64,000 nucleotides of DNA. Source: Camelus dromedarius (lineage: Eukaryota). The stretch spans positions 101,434,001 to 101,498,000 of the forward strand of contig NC_087437.1 of assembly GCF_036321535.1 (NCBI RefSeq), read 5' to 3'. Positions 1 to 11,794 of the stretch are shown here, in pieces. Every line of letters begins with the position of its first letter. Position 1 is the first letter of the stretch. Under the pieces are notes generated by a model. It ran no database searches. It was not told the DNA's origin and saw only the letters and a list, made by a program, of their open reading frames with translations. The position numbers and the translations under genes are program-made.

Positions 1-539
1 TTTACTCTATCTCAACACAGAGCGATTTGCTCCCATCCTATGTTATTTTCTGTGCTGTCACTCTCTTGCTAATTTGTTGATCTTCACACCTAAACCCACC
101 TACCCCCTCCTCTACTCTTTCCCCAAACTAGAAAACTCCTCAATGCACTCAGGTCTATCTGACAAAAGTTCTTCTCCTGTCTTGATTGAAACCTGACCAT
201 AATCTACAAATATACTTTTCCCTGTTGCCATTTTACCAAAAACTGCTTTTCATTTTATGTCTTATGAAGATCAAGGTTGGGAGGCATTTCAGTTTCTATG
301 TTTTAAAATGTCCTCATTACTTCCCTAATTTTAAGGAAAAAAATCTTTCAAGATTCATTTGCATTGCATCCCAATTTGCCCTCATCTCATTTTCTTCTTT
401 ATCTTCCTGTTCACTAAACCCTCTCAGTTATTATTTTACTTCTTATCTTACAATCTCTAATACTACTCATGGCTTCTTTCTGGGTAAATTCAATGTCCAG
501 TGTAATTACTCTCTCAATGAATACTGAATTTTTAACATC

Positions 540-1410
540 CCTTGAATATCACTTGCTGACCTCTTCTACTTCAGAAATCAACTCTTTCAACGTTTGATAT
601 TTCCTCCAAAGCTTGCTTCCTTCACAGTTTCTCCTTCTCAATAAAAATAATAATAATAATAAAATAAAATAACTTTCTAAACACCAGTGTAGAAAACTTG
701 AAGTCATCTTAAACTCTGCTGCTATTTTCACACTATATATGCAATTCATCAGCAAATCCTCCTGGCCCCTCCCCTCAACATGTATCTATAATACAAACCA
801 TACACATCCCTTCTCTTGTCAGTTGAAATTACCATGATCTCACTCTTGAGTTATCGCCTGAGTATCCCTACTGGTCTTTTTAACTTTCCACTCTACAGTT
901 TATTCTCCAAAAAGTAGGAGAGTAATTCTTATATAATAAATGCCATATTAGGTCACTTCTCTGATCATGACCTAGCAAGAACTTCCCATTCATTAAAAGG
1001 AAAATCCATATTTTTTTACAAAAACCTATAACATTTTATATAACTTAAATAAATAGTCTGACCTCAAGGTTCTCATAAACAGTTTACAAATTGTGCAATA
1101 TAAGAGATGCCAGAGACAATCTTAACTATTAATGGCAGTTCTTTAGCCCTTCATATTTCTTCTTACATTCTCTCCAAAATCATGTCATGCGTGCCCCTTG
1201 ATTTCCCTCAAAAGTATCTGGATATCCTCCTCAGGTGTTTTACATTTTGTCCCCTCTACTTGGAATGCTCTTTCCCAAGATAATGGCATGGCTTTCTTCT
1301 TTGATTTCCTCATTGTCTTTGGTCAAATGTCACCTTATAAACAGAGTCCTTTACCTGACCACTCAAAATAAAATAACAACAATCATCTCTTCACTCTACC
1401 CACTGACTCA
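540..1410 (+). mobile_element. L2 (LINE2) 3' region remnant; resumes at ~3667-3715 after nested LTR insertions
   Basis: Degenerate L2 motifs 'ccctactggtct...ctctacagtttattctcc', 'ggtcacttctctg', 'ccctctacttggaatgctctttccc', 'ggtcaaatgtcacctt'; continuation 'ttatttttctatagtacttatca' at ~3685. Confidence 0.7.
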
Positions 1411-1789
1411 GTCCTGGAACTTTTTACTCTCAGATCAATTTATTGGATGTCATTTTGTTCTGTAGTTTGTCTCTGGGGTATAACCTCCGAAGGCTCTGTT
1501 TTCTCAATTCCCAGTCCAGTTGGCTTCATTGGAGTTTGTTCCATGAGAGGAAGCAATGGCCTCCAAAATGAGGCCAGAAGGAAGAGAGAATCCAAGTTAA
1601 TTTTTTTCTCCCTTCTCATAATAGTGGGTTTCTCTGTCACACATTGCCACTGGCACATGGCTATTAGTCAGACCCAACCATGGATTCAGATTTCATTGGA
1701 TGTGAAATCTGTATAATGACTCCAACAATACCTTGAGTCTATGAATTTTACCTGCAAGTAAATAGACTTTGTAGATATAATCAAATTAA

Positions 1790-2959
1790 AGATCTTGAGT
1801 GGTAGAGAGCTTAGCAGAATTACATCCTAAAATTATGTGGAAATCTGAATTTATAAATAGTGAACTTGTGTATTTAGTTGAGATTCCCAAGCAAAGTATT
1901 GAAATACGGCCTGAATTCTTTCTGTTGCTCACAGAAAATGTGAGTGAAAGGGATAAATTGAAGGGAAAACTGTTAAGAAAAATAAACCAGAATTTAACAA
2001 TTTGATAAATTATAATCCTATCCACATTTTAAAAAGAAGCTAAAATTAGGAGATCCATTGTGAAAAAAGTATACTCTAAACAAAAATCTATAGATGTGGC
2101 TTAACCTTTGGCTAGTGGTTTACAAGGATTAAAAGATTAGACTATTCATTCACACAGAGGTCTCTTTGAAGAGGTTAAGCATATGATACATGGATCACCT
2201 CAACCATCTCAGAAGAAACCAAGAATATAGATGAGATTATCTTGGAAATATCTGGGCAGACACTCCTGTCAAATGGGGTGAATCTCCATGGCACATAAAG
2301 GAAAGCCACAAGTTGTTTGAGAATGCTGTATCAGCGGAAATGCTCGTTTGAATTAAAACTGACAGAAAATGGACAAAATGAGAGAATGCTATCAGACTTA
2401 AATTTTTACAGGCCAGAAACAGACTATAAAACTCAGCTGCAGCAGACATATTCACTCTTTAAGAAAGCAGAGAGAGGACTCAAGAGTAGAGCCTTGGACC
2501 CAGTGACTAGAGCTGTGGACCCAGAGGATGGAGTCAAGATCTACAGAGGATTATTTCATGGCCTTGAAACCAATGGAGTCTGCTCAGTAGGATTTCAAAA
2601 TTGCTTGGGACTGGAGATTCCTTTCCTCTTTCATGTTTTCTCTTTTAGAATGCAAATCTCTATAACTATTATCTTATGTCTGGGAGCAGAAAATTTGTTT
2701 CCTATTTTCACAGTTCCACAGATGGAGACAAATTTTGTTCTAGGACGGATCATACTTAAAATTTCTCCCACATCTTATTTAGAAGATTTAAATAATGAGA
2801 TTTAGGACATTTAAATTACTAACACTTAGATAAAATTTTGGATGTAAATGTTGCTGTAATAGATTGAGATGTTTGGGGGTGCTGGGGATGGGGTGAATGT
2901 TTGTTTGTTTGTTTTTTTATGTGGGATGGATATGAGTCTTCAGGAGTCAAAGGGAAGAC
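1790..2959 (+). mobile_element. MaLR internal region (MLT1-int), 5'-truncated
   Basis: 'ttcccaagcaaagtattgaa...gataaattgaagggaaaactgttaagaaaaa' is paralogous to 7626-7730 in this window; purine tract 'ggagtcaaagggaagac' directly precedes the LTR. Confidence 0.8.
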
Positions 2960-3466
2960 TGTGGTAGGATAAAAACCATCCCCTGAAAAATATTAGTTCC
3001 TAATACTTGGAATCTGTGAATATTACTTAAGTGGTTCAAACAAAAGACTTTGCACATAAAATTAAGTAACTAATCTTCAGATGAGGAGATTATCCTGGGG
3101 TATTTGGGTGGGCCGTAAATGTAATCACAAGTGTTATTATTAAAAAAAAAGCAGAGGGAGATTTTTACTATAGGATAAGAAAAAATAACTAAAGCAAGAT
3201 GCTAGCTGAGGCTTTAAAGATGAAGAAAGGGGTTGCCAGCCAAATACAAGGAATACAGCATTATTCTAGAAAAAGAGAAGGAAATAAATTTTACCCTAGA
3301 GCCTCTGGAGGGAGTGTGACACCACCATAACCTTGATTTAGGCCTAATGAAACTGATTGCAGATTTCTTCCTCCAAGACTGTGAAAAAAAGAATAAGTGT
3401 ACATTATTTTAAGACACTAAATTTAAGACACTAAATTTGTTACACCCAAATTAGGAAACTAATATA
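2960..3466 (+). mobile_element. MaLR LTR (MLT1D-like), 3' LTR of the preceding internal region
   Basis: Starts 'tgtggtagg', contains 'gatgaggagattatcctgg' and 'ccctagagcctctggagggagtgtg', ends 'taggaaactaatata'. Confidence 0.85.
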
Positions 3467-4258
3467 TTGAGTAAACTTAGTCTTTGGGCTGCAAAAATTC
3501 TACTTGCTCCTTTTGTCCCTAACAGAGACAAAAGCTTGGTTTCCCAATGTCCTCTCTTTGGGTTCTCATTCCTTTTATTACTCAAGTTACCAATTTCCTT
3601 TATTAAATTCCTTCTCTTTTTTAATAATCTGATTTTTTCCTTCTAGTTTGGGTCCTGAATAATATATATTCATCCCCTATTTTATTATTTTTCTATAGTA
3701 CTTATCATTAACTGATGAGTTACAGGATTGAATGACCTGTAATGCTAAAGTGACTTAGAATGATCTTTTAGAACAAAAGTCAAAAGATTCCAAAATAGTC
3801 AACTTATTTGAGGTCAGTAATACCTATCTAGTATTAGATGAGAGTAGAAAGGAACAAGTTGTCTTAGAGCTTGGTAGAAAAATAAGGCCCAGCTATGAAA
3901 GTGGAGAAAAGGAAAGTGCCTATTCAGCCACTGTCCCCCAAAGGCTTCCCCAACTCCCGACGGGAATAACTGAATGGGCTCCTTGGTACTGGAGAAGGAA
4001 ACCAGGATACAAAGAGAATCATTAGACAGTAAGTAGGTTTTATTTACTATTAGGTGGAGTTCTCTGAAATATTTGTGAGCATCGGAGATTCTGGCTTACA
4101 ATAGAGAGGTTGGTAAGCACTGTTGAAAGTCTGGGCAAGAAGGAAAAGAATGGTAAGATGTGTTTGAAGGAAAAGTTTGAGGATGATGGAATAGATCTAT
4201 TAAAATATATATAACTCCTGAAAGTTGAAATCTAGAAGGTAATATCTAACGAGTAGCT

Positions 4259-4392
4259 TATGCCAGGCTAGAAGTGTTTCATGTATATTATCTTAATTAA
4301 TTATTTCAACATTATACCTTAACAAGTAAATATTATTGTTCCCATATTATAGTATGGAAAGTGAGGTAGGGGAGTGAATTACCTTGCTCAAA
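4259..4392 (-). mobile_element. MIR SINE remnant
   Basis: 'attattgttcccatattatagtatggaaagtgagg...ttaccttgctcaa' is a degenerate reverse-strand MIR core. Confidence 0.6.
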
Positions 4393-5823
4393 AGAAAAAA
4401 GATGAAAAGGGGAGTGGACTTACCAGTGGAATCAGACATCTCATGTTTTCTTTTTTCTTTAGAGACTACCTAGACAATCACTATGATGTATTATTGCCAC
4501 CTGACTTAACACAGGAGCCTTTTTCTATATCTTGTAATAAGTGTTAACACCATCTTAAGGACATTAGAAAGGTTTTTAGCAAATGCTTGTTGTTTATGAA
4601 TGTTTTAGCTCCTCTGACGAGGAAACCACACAAATATATGGAAGTTATTAACAACAAAATATCGATATAAGCATTATAATATCATCAGCGCTGCTCACAA
4701 GGAACAGAAATAATAATGAGACTGCTTTGGTATTTATCCAGAGGTCAAGTGATTATTTATGTTTATTTATTATGTTTATGTTTATTTTTCTATTATATGA
4801 TTTAAAATGCAATAATAGTGCTGTTATAATGGTCCTCTCCAGCTTGCTGCTAGAAACTCTCCCTGCACATCCATCTATTTTACTTGCCAAGCAGTAAGCA
4901 GTTCATGTAATGCATGGAGTCACTTGGCTTACAAAACAATTATCATTTGCTTCCTGGCTGACCAATGCAGGTACAGTAATTAGAAAAGTAACAAGGTCAA
5001 AAGAAAATCCATTTCTTGTGTGCTTATTTGCACTTTGTGAAATGATTCAAACAATCCAGCCTTTGGAATACATCCATAAACTCAGTCAGGCTAAACTGTT
5101 TATTTTTGTTAAGTTATATCTGCAAAAGAAAATGTATGAAATAAAATAATGAGCTTTCTTAAATCTGGGAAATGAGAGGTTACAGTTAGAGAATAACTCC
5201 CTATTACCAAATGTTTTCCTAGTTGACTAATTTAATGTTAAACTAAGTCTTCCATAATTATAGACAGATCCAGAGAGTATTATTCTATTTTACCCACAGA
5301 GCATATATAGACAGTAGTTAGAATATGCATATAAAGTAAGTAATGATAAAACCGCTCATCTGTCTTCCAGTGTTTGTCATGGAACTGAAGCCTATCATGA
5401 ATCTATATTGTAACCAGAATAATTGAAATAACTTACAACTAGCTAGACTCTTAAAACAAACAAACAAAAAAGATTATTTTAGAAAAGCAAAAAATGGGAC
5501 CATTAACAATATGAAAGACAAAATGCACTTTATAAATTTCTTAGACTTAATTTAGTTTAATTTTTAAATAAATTAAAATGTATATGCAAAGTTGTACCTC
5601 AGGTGAAAAAAAAGTGTGTTATTACAAACAACTTTAATTTTAGACCCAATAGTGAAGAAATATATTCTGTGTAGTTAACTCTTTAATTATATATCATTTT
5701 TATTTGTAGCCATATGATTGGCATGTGATAATGTATTTTTCTTAAAACTTATTTCAACATGGAACAACTTTACAATAAAACTTTGATATGTACATTAAAA
5801 AGCAACAAAAGTTTTAAGTTGTG

Positions 5824-7204
5824 TGTAATGGTTAATTTTGTGTGTCTACCTGGCTAGACTACAATATTCAATTATCACCCACTGACCTAGCTATCACTAT
5901 GATGATATTCTGTAGACGTGGTGTGAGGTAACAAAAAATATACACTGACCTCTGTCCTTTGTTCCTGGCACAGAGCTCCTGAATCCTTGTGATTTCCTAA
6001 GTAGGAAGACCACTAATAACATCTTTTGTTCTAAAATTTAGTCTTTGACCTCAGTTCTTGATACAGGGCTTCTGAAATCCTTGTCATTTCCTTGATGACA
6101 GGTATGTCTTTGTTCTAATGAAATGACGCTGAGTGAGTGCTGGGATGAGAGCTGGTGACTGGAAAGACCAAGCCATGATTAGAAGCTTGAAATCTTCAGC
6201 CCCTGCCCCCATTCTCCTGAGAAGGAAGAAGGGCCAGAAATGGAGTTATTGATCAATCATGCCTATGTGATGAAGCTTCCATAAAAATCCCAGAAGTCTG
6301 AGTTTCCAGGTTGGTAAACACATCCACACACCAGGAGAGTGATGCACTCCGGTACCAAGGGACAGAAGTCCTGAGCTCGGAGCACTCCCAGACCTTGCCC
6401 TATGTATCTCTTCATCTGGCAGTTCATATGTATCCTTTAATAAGTGGGCAAATATAAATAAGTGTTTCCCTGAATTCTGTGAGCCTTTCTAGCAAATTAA
6501 CCAAACCTGAGGAGGAGCTCGTGAGAAGCTCAAATTTACAGCCAATTGATCAGAAGCATAGGTGACAAACTAGACTTGCTTTTGGCATCTGAAGTGTGGT
6601 GGGAGCAGCCTTGTGGGACTGAGCACTTAACCTGTGGGACCCATGCTATCTCCAGGTAGATAATGTCATAATGTAGTTAAATTGTGGGATACCCAGGTGG
6701 CACTGAAGAGAATGGCTTGGTGGGGGAAAAGTCCCACACATCTGGTGTCCAAAATATTGTGGGTGTGGTAGTAGTGTGAGAGTAAATGAGAAGCAAAGGA
6801 GGAACACTGGGTTTTTCCCAAAAGAGGTGGTTTACATCTACAGTTAGTTGACTTTAAGTAGAAGAGGTTACACTCCATAATGTGAATAGACTTCTTCCAA
6901 TCAGCTCTTAAATTAAAGGTCTTAAGAGAAAGAAATGAGTTTCCCAGAGAAGAAGACATTTTGGCTCGAGCCTGTGCTATCAGTTTCTGTCTGTTTTCTG
7001 ACTGCCAGTCTGCCCAACAGATTTCAGACTCGCCAGTCTCCACAATTTTGTGAGCCAGAGGTCCTTAAAGTTATAGATAAAGGTAGATAGATGGATAGAC
7101 AGATATAATGAATAGCTTCATATCTAAATCCAAATCCAAATATAAGTTTATATATTTATATCTTTATTAGTTTTGTTTCTCTGAGGGTCACTGGTACAAA
7201 TACA
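5824..7204 (+). mobile_element. ERVL LTR (MLT2D-like), interrupted by MER21 at 5922-6825
   Basis: Starts 'tgtaatggttaattttgtgtgtc'; the halves rejoin as 'gtagacgtgg|tttacatctacagttagttgactttaagta'; ends 'ttttgtttctctgagggtcactggtacaaataca'. Confidence 0.85.
5922..6825 (+). mobile_element. MER21-type solo LTR inserted in the MLT2 LTR
   Basis: 'ttcctggcacagagctcct' internal duplication, 'ggaaagaccaagccatgattagaag', 'ccagaccttgccctatgtatctcttcatctgg'; 'gtgg' is duplicated at 5918-5921 and 6827-6830. Confidence 0.85.
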
Positions 7205-8304
7205 GGTGCCAAGAATTGATCTAAATTGCATAAGTGACTTTGGAGTTAGATAATGGGTAAAGGCTGAAAGAGTTTCAAGGTACGTGATTTTTAAAAGTCT
7301 GGATTGCCTAAAGGGACTATCTATAGAGAAAATGGACACTAAAGACCATCCTGGTGAGAGCTCAGAAAAAAAGAGGAGAGGTGCAGAGAAAGCTTCTAGT
7401 CTTCAAGAATACATATACCATCATAGACAGAATGTTGGTGGAAATATAAAGGTTAAAGGTGCTTCTGGTGAGAGTGCACATAGGAATGAGAAGCATTTTA
7501 ATAGACATTGAAGGAATGTGATCCTTGTTAATAAGTAGCAAAAAACATTGGCTAAATTGTGTTCTAGTTTTAGGTAGAAAATAAAACGTGTAAGCAATGA
7601 GATTGAATGTTTAGCTGAGGAGAGTTCCAAGCAAAGTGTGAAAGATGTGATTTGGCTTCTCCTTGCTGCTTATAGTAAAATGGGAGAGGAAAGAGATAAG
7701 TTGAGGAAGAAACTGTTAAGCAAAAAGGAACTAGAATTCGATGATTTGGAAAATTCTCAGCCTATTTATATTGCAGTAGATGCTAAAGCATGTGCTGGAG
7801 GGAACACCTAGTGGGTGGGTAGACAAACTTCAGCTGGAGAGATTAGGTGTGTGACTCACAGAGCCAATCAACCATCTCAGTAGAAGGGAGGAGTAGAGAT
7901 GGGATCATCCAGGAGGGATCTTGGAGAATCATTGTGTCTAATAACATGGATCCCATGACATACATGGATCCCATGACATACATGGATGACCCATAGGGGT
8001 TTTCAAAGTGTTGTATCAAAACAAAACTGCCAGCTTGGGCTGAAAAGAACAGAGAAGGAATAAAATAAAAGAAGGCTGTTGGAATTCTGAAGTTCTGCAG
8101 GCAGGAAATGGAATGATAGAGACATTTGGTTGTTAACATAAGTCATCCTTCAAGGAAAAGGAAGAATGACTCCAAAGGCAGATGAGATTTCAAATTTAGA
8201 GTTAATACTGAAACATGTTAAGATTTAGGGAGATGTGGTGATTGGATGAATGTATCTTGCATGTGGGACAGACATGAATTTTGAGGAGGGAGCAGAGGGA
8301 AGAC
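7205..8304 (+). mobile_element. MaLR internal region (MLT1/MST-int-like)
   Basis: 'gtgactttggagttagataatgggtaaaggctgaaagagttt', 'ctggtgagagctcagaaa', 'tggcttctccttgctgcttatagtaaaatg'; purine tract 'gaggagggagcagagggaagac' before the LTR. Confidence 0.85.
7944..7987. repeat. 18-bp tandem duplication (acatggatcccatgacat x2.4)
   Basis: Read directly from the sequence. Confidence 0.95.
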
Positions 8305-8754
8305 TGTACTCAGTTAAATAGTGTCTCCATATATTTAATAGGGTCTCTCAAAATTCATGTCCACTTAGAACTTCTGAATGTAACCTTTTTTGGAAACAGG
8401 GTCTTTGCAGTTGTAATCACTGAAGATGCAATCAGACTGGATTAGAGAAGACCCTAAATCCAATTGACTGGTGACCTTATATAAGGCACTTAGGGGGACC
8501 TTTGGAAACACAGAGACACATGAAGAAGGCCATGTGAAGATGAAGGCAGTGACTGGAGTCATCCACAAGCCATGGAATGCCAAGGATTTCCAGAAACTAC
8601 CAGAAGGCATTTCCCTCTGAACCTGCAGAAGGAACTATCACTACAGACGCTTTGATTTCTGACCTCCTGAACCATGAAAGAGTCAATTTCTGTTGTTTTA
8701 AGACATTTAGGTTGTGATTTTGTTTTGTTAAAGTGTCACTAGGAAACTAATAGA
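8305..8754 (+). mobile_element. MaLR LTR (MLT1B-like)
   Basis: 'caaaattcatgtccacttagaacttctgaatgtaacc...tggaaacagggtctttgcagttgtaat', 'gaagaaggccatgtgaagatgaaggcag'; ends 'ctaggaaactaataga'. Confidence 0.85.
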
Positions 8755-10587
8755 TCATGTAATAAAATTTGGTTTAATTTCAGGTTATAATCAATAAATT
8801 TATTACCTGATGTTTTCTCAGGTAAAAGAAAGTAAAAATGAATTTCTTACACTCACTAAGTCATATACATCAGGAAGAATAGAATGTATTCTATTAAAAA
8901 ATTAATAATGTAAGTATTAAAAAATTAATACTCAATATCTGCACATTCAGTGAAGAAATAAAATATTTTTAAATACTATAATGGTGGTAAATGACTGTGT
9001 CAGTGTATTGCATTTTGGTGGAAGATCTGTTTGCTTTGAGAAATGATTCAACATGATGTCTTGAAATGTTATTTTCTTCTAAACTGCTTTCTACATATAA
9101 TCAATCTTTTAACATGTGTTCCTTTTATTAAATCTATAAAATATAAATATATTTGTATAAGTAAAGCTTACAGCTTAGCAACTTGCCAGAGGCACAGATG
9201 TCAAATGGAATACTTTTTAAACAAATAATCATGAAGAATTTCAGCTGTTATTTTTAAAAAGGCATAAATTGAGTTTGGCAATAACCTAATCATTAATTAG
9301 AGCAGCTATTATACAAGTAATAGAAATAATTACTGATATTCTATAATTACTGATAGAATGCAATACATTTAATAGGATGAAAAGTCCCATTAGTATTTTG
9401 GGAACTAAAGAAGCACTAAGGCTGTATTTTCTATTAAAACGAATTAAACACTAAAAATATGATTCATAATATTTTGCATCTGTCTCTGGGTAAGATAAAG
9501 GGACAACATTTCATTATCAAACTTTCTTTTTATCTTTCCAATTACCATGCAGCATTAAGAAAGCACATTTTCCCACTTTTAATTAAAGTTACACATGATC
9601 AGCTTTACTAGTAAACACAAATAAACCTTTATAATGTGTACGTTATTTAGTGCATCTACAAATATCCGAAGTCTCTAAAATGTATTGTTGCTGATAACTG
9701 AGTGTTAAAATAAATTAGAGCAACATATAGGGTAGTCTGTACCAATTTTGCCTGAACATTGATGTAGGTATTGAATTCAACACGCACGCATTCACCCGGA
9801 GAAATAATTTAATATTTTAAAATTTTGATGTATTAATTTCTAAGTAGAAGGGTCTTATTTTGACTTTAAACATTAATTTTATGTTGTAGAATTTTGAGGG
9901 GGATGCAGAATTTACCATTACAGTCACTGTTAGAAAATACTACCTTATTAACCACTTATTGTATACTAAGCACTTTGTTACATTCAGATAAATTAATACA
10001 AATCCTACCTCAAGAGATGAATATAAAAGATGTCATGTCTATGTTACATTATAAATAAGTGAAATAAATAAATGCATAGCAGAATGTGATGGAAGCTGAG
10101 AATAGTTAAAATGTATCAGGTTTAATTTAGACATATTTATATAAGAGGAGATACTTATTAAAGTATTTGAGGTCAAAAGCATGGAGATCATGTAGTAACT
10201 ACTGCCGTAATCTAAACAAGAGCTGATGATGGCTTGGACCAGAGAAAGTAATGAAAACTAGTTTGAGTCTGACAGTTGAACTAATAGGAAGTAGCGACGG
10301 AACACATGGAGTTGAGTGAAAGAAGCTCCAGGATGGCTTTCTATTTTTTGCCTTAAAATATATTGCCTTTTACTTAAATTGGGTATGCTTTGGGTAGGAT
10401 GTGTTTAAAGGAATTCTTCTTGTGCCTATTAAGCTTGAAATATTTATTAGTCATCTAAGTTGAGACAGAGTGGGCAGTAGATTTGTGAGTGAGAATCCTG
10501 GGAAGACTGAAATTTGGGAGTTATCAGCCCTTTAAATAGTAGTTAACGCCTTGGGATTAATGAGATCACAAGGGAATGAGTCTAGAT

Positions 10588-10776
10588 CAAGATTCTCAAT
10601 CTTGGCAATATTGATATGCAGGCTGGATAATTCTTTGTTTTGGAAGTCTGCCCTGTACATTGTGGGATATTTACAAGCATCCCTGGCCTCTAGTCACAAT
10701 AATCCAGCAGCCTCCCTTGATGTGGCAACCCATCTTGGGTCACAAGAAAACAACTGTCTCCGGTTGAGAATCACTG
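10588..10776 (-). mobile_element. MER20 (hAT-Charlie non-autonomous DNA transposon)
   Basis: TIR-like ends 'caagattctcaa' and 'ttgagaatcactg'; internal 'ggataattctttgtt...gcatccctggcctcta'; degenerate 8-bp TSD gtctagat/ctctaaat. Confidence 0.85.
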
Positions 10777-10984
10777 CTCTAAATAGGAGAAAGCAAGCTC
10801 CAGGACTAGCTTTCAGAATCCTCCAATTTCTTTGTTTGTTTTTGCTTTTGTTTTTCATTTGTTGGTTCAGGATCCACCAACCAGAAACTTCTTAATGGAC
10901 AAGTTTTCATTAAGCTAATGCTTTGATTTTTGGTCCTACCATTTGCTTATCCCTTTCGTTACATTTTCATAGGTATGCATTTCT

Positions 10985-11200
10985 TTATCTTTTTTCATCT
11001 ACAGGATCATCGAAAGTCATTGTCAAATGCTCTGATAAAATCTGTTTTAGTTCAGTAACTCTGTCAGTGAAAGAAACAAGGTTAATCTGACATGACATGC
11101 TCTTGGTGAACCAGTTCTGTTTCTTTGTGATCATTTCCTCCTGTCAGTATTTCTTAACAGCCCTGTAAATATTCATTCTTCTATTTTGATCAGTTATAAC
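10985..11200 (-). mobile_element. CR1/L3 LINE reverse-transcriptase fragment
   Basis: Minus strand translates to QNWFTKSMSCQINLVSFTDRVTE and DFIRAFD, matching CR1 RT motifs QHGFxKxxSCxTNLxxFxDxVT and DFSKAFD. Confidence 0.8.
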
Positions 11201-11279
11201 TTCAAGCCAGAATTCCCTGTCTCTGAGTTTGTAAAAATTCTTCCACTTTTTAACAGTTTCTACAACAGAAGTATTTTTA

Positions 11280-11431
11280 CTATAAATAATATATTTTTAT
11301 TATATATATTATATATAATGTACTATACTATATACTATATATAATTGTGTATATATATCACTATGTATATATATCACTAAATATATATATATATATACAC
11401 ACACACAACACACACACACACATATACACAC
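11280..11431. repeat. Compound (TA)n/(CA)n microsatellite
   Basis: Read directly from the sequence. Confidence 0.95.
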
Positions 11432-11794
11432 GTCAGTGAGCCTCTAAACTTTCTAGAGTTCATAGGATCCTCAAATGCTTAAGAGTTAAGAAAAACTGGA
11501 GAAACCAGCAGAAAGTATCTGCAGAAAGGCCAGAGATAGAAAAGAAACAATCAAGCAAGAACCATGCTCTGAAAGCCAAGTGAAGACTCTGCCATGAGAA
11601 GAAAAGAGAAATTAAACTGTCCAAAGCTATGGTTTGGTTAAGCAATAGCTGAGATAAGACTTGTCCATTGTTTTAGTAACATCAGGATGACTGGAAATTT
11701 ATCAAGAGCATTTTTGGTAGGATAGTGTAGGAATATGGATATTTATATTATGTCAAGTTATACCCCACAGATTAAATGAAGATTACAGAATCAA

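Larger units (their letters stand above)
1420..3666 (+). mobile_element. Ancient ERVL-type LTR (LTR33/LTR16-like) split into ~1420-1780 and ~3467-3666 by a MaLR element
   Basis: 3' piece ends 'cctttattaaattccttctc...tttccttctagtttgggtcctgaataatata', resembling the LTR33-type U5 terminus; the 5' piece is more tentative. Confidence 0.45.
9950..11730 (-). mobile_element. L2 fragments (9950-10579, 10785-10825, 11480-11730), interrupted
   Basis: 'gatgatggcttggaccagag', 'aaatttgggagttatcagc', 'tgaaagccaagtgaaga', 'ttgtccattgttttagtaaca' match the reverse-strand L2 3' region. Confidence 0.7.

Noticed and set aside
2317..2805. 162-aa ORF
   Set aside because: Lies in MaLR internal sequence, has a non-ATG start and no recognisable domain.
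7944..7987. Short direct repeats (also ~3408-3435, 13840, 56972) as a CRISPR-like array
   Set aside because: Only two adjacent copies, no spacers, mammalian context; ordinary slippage duplications.
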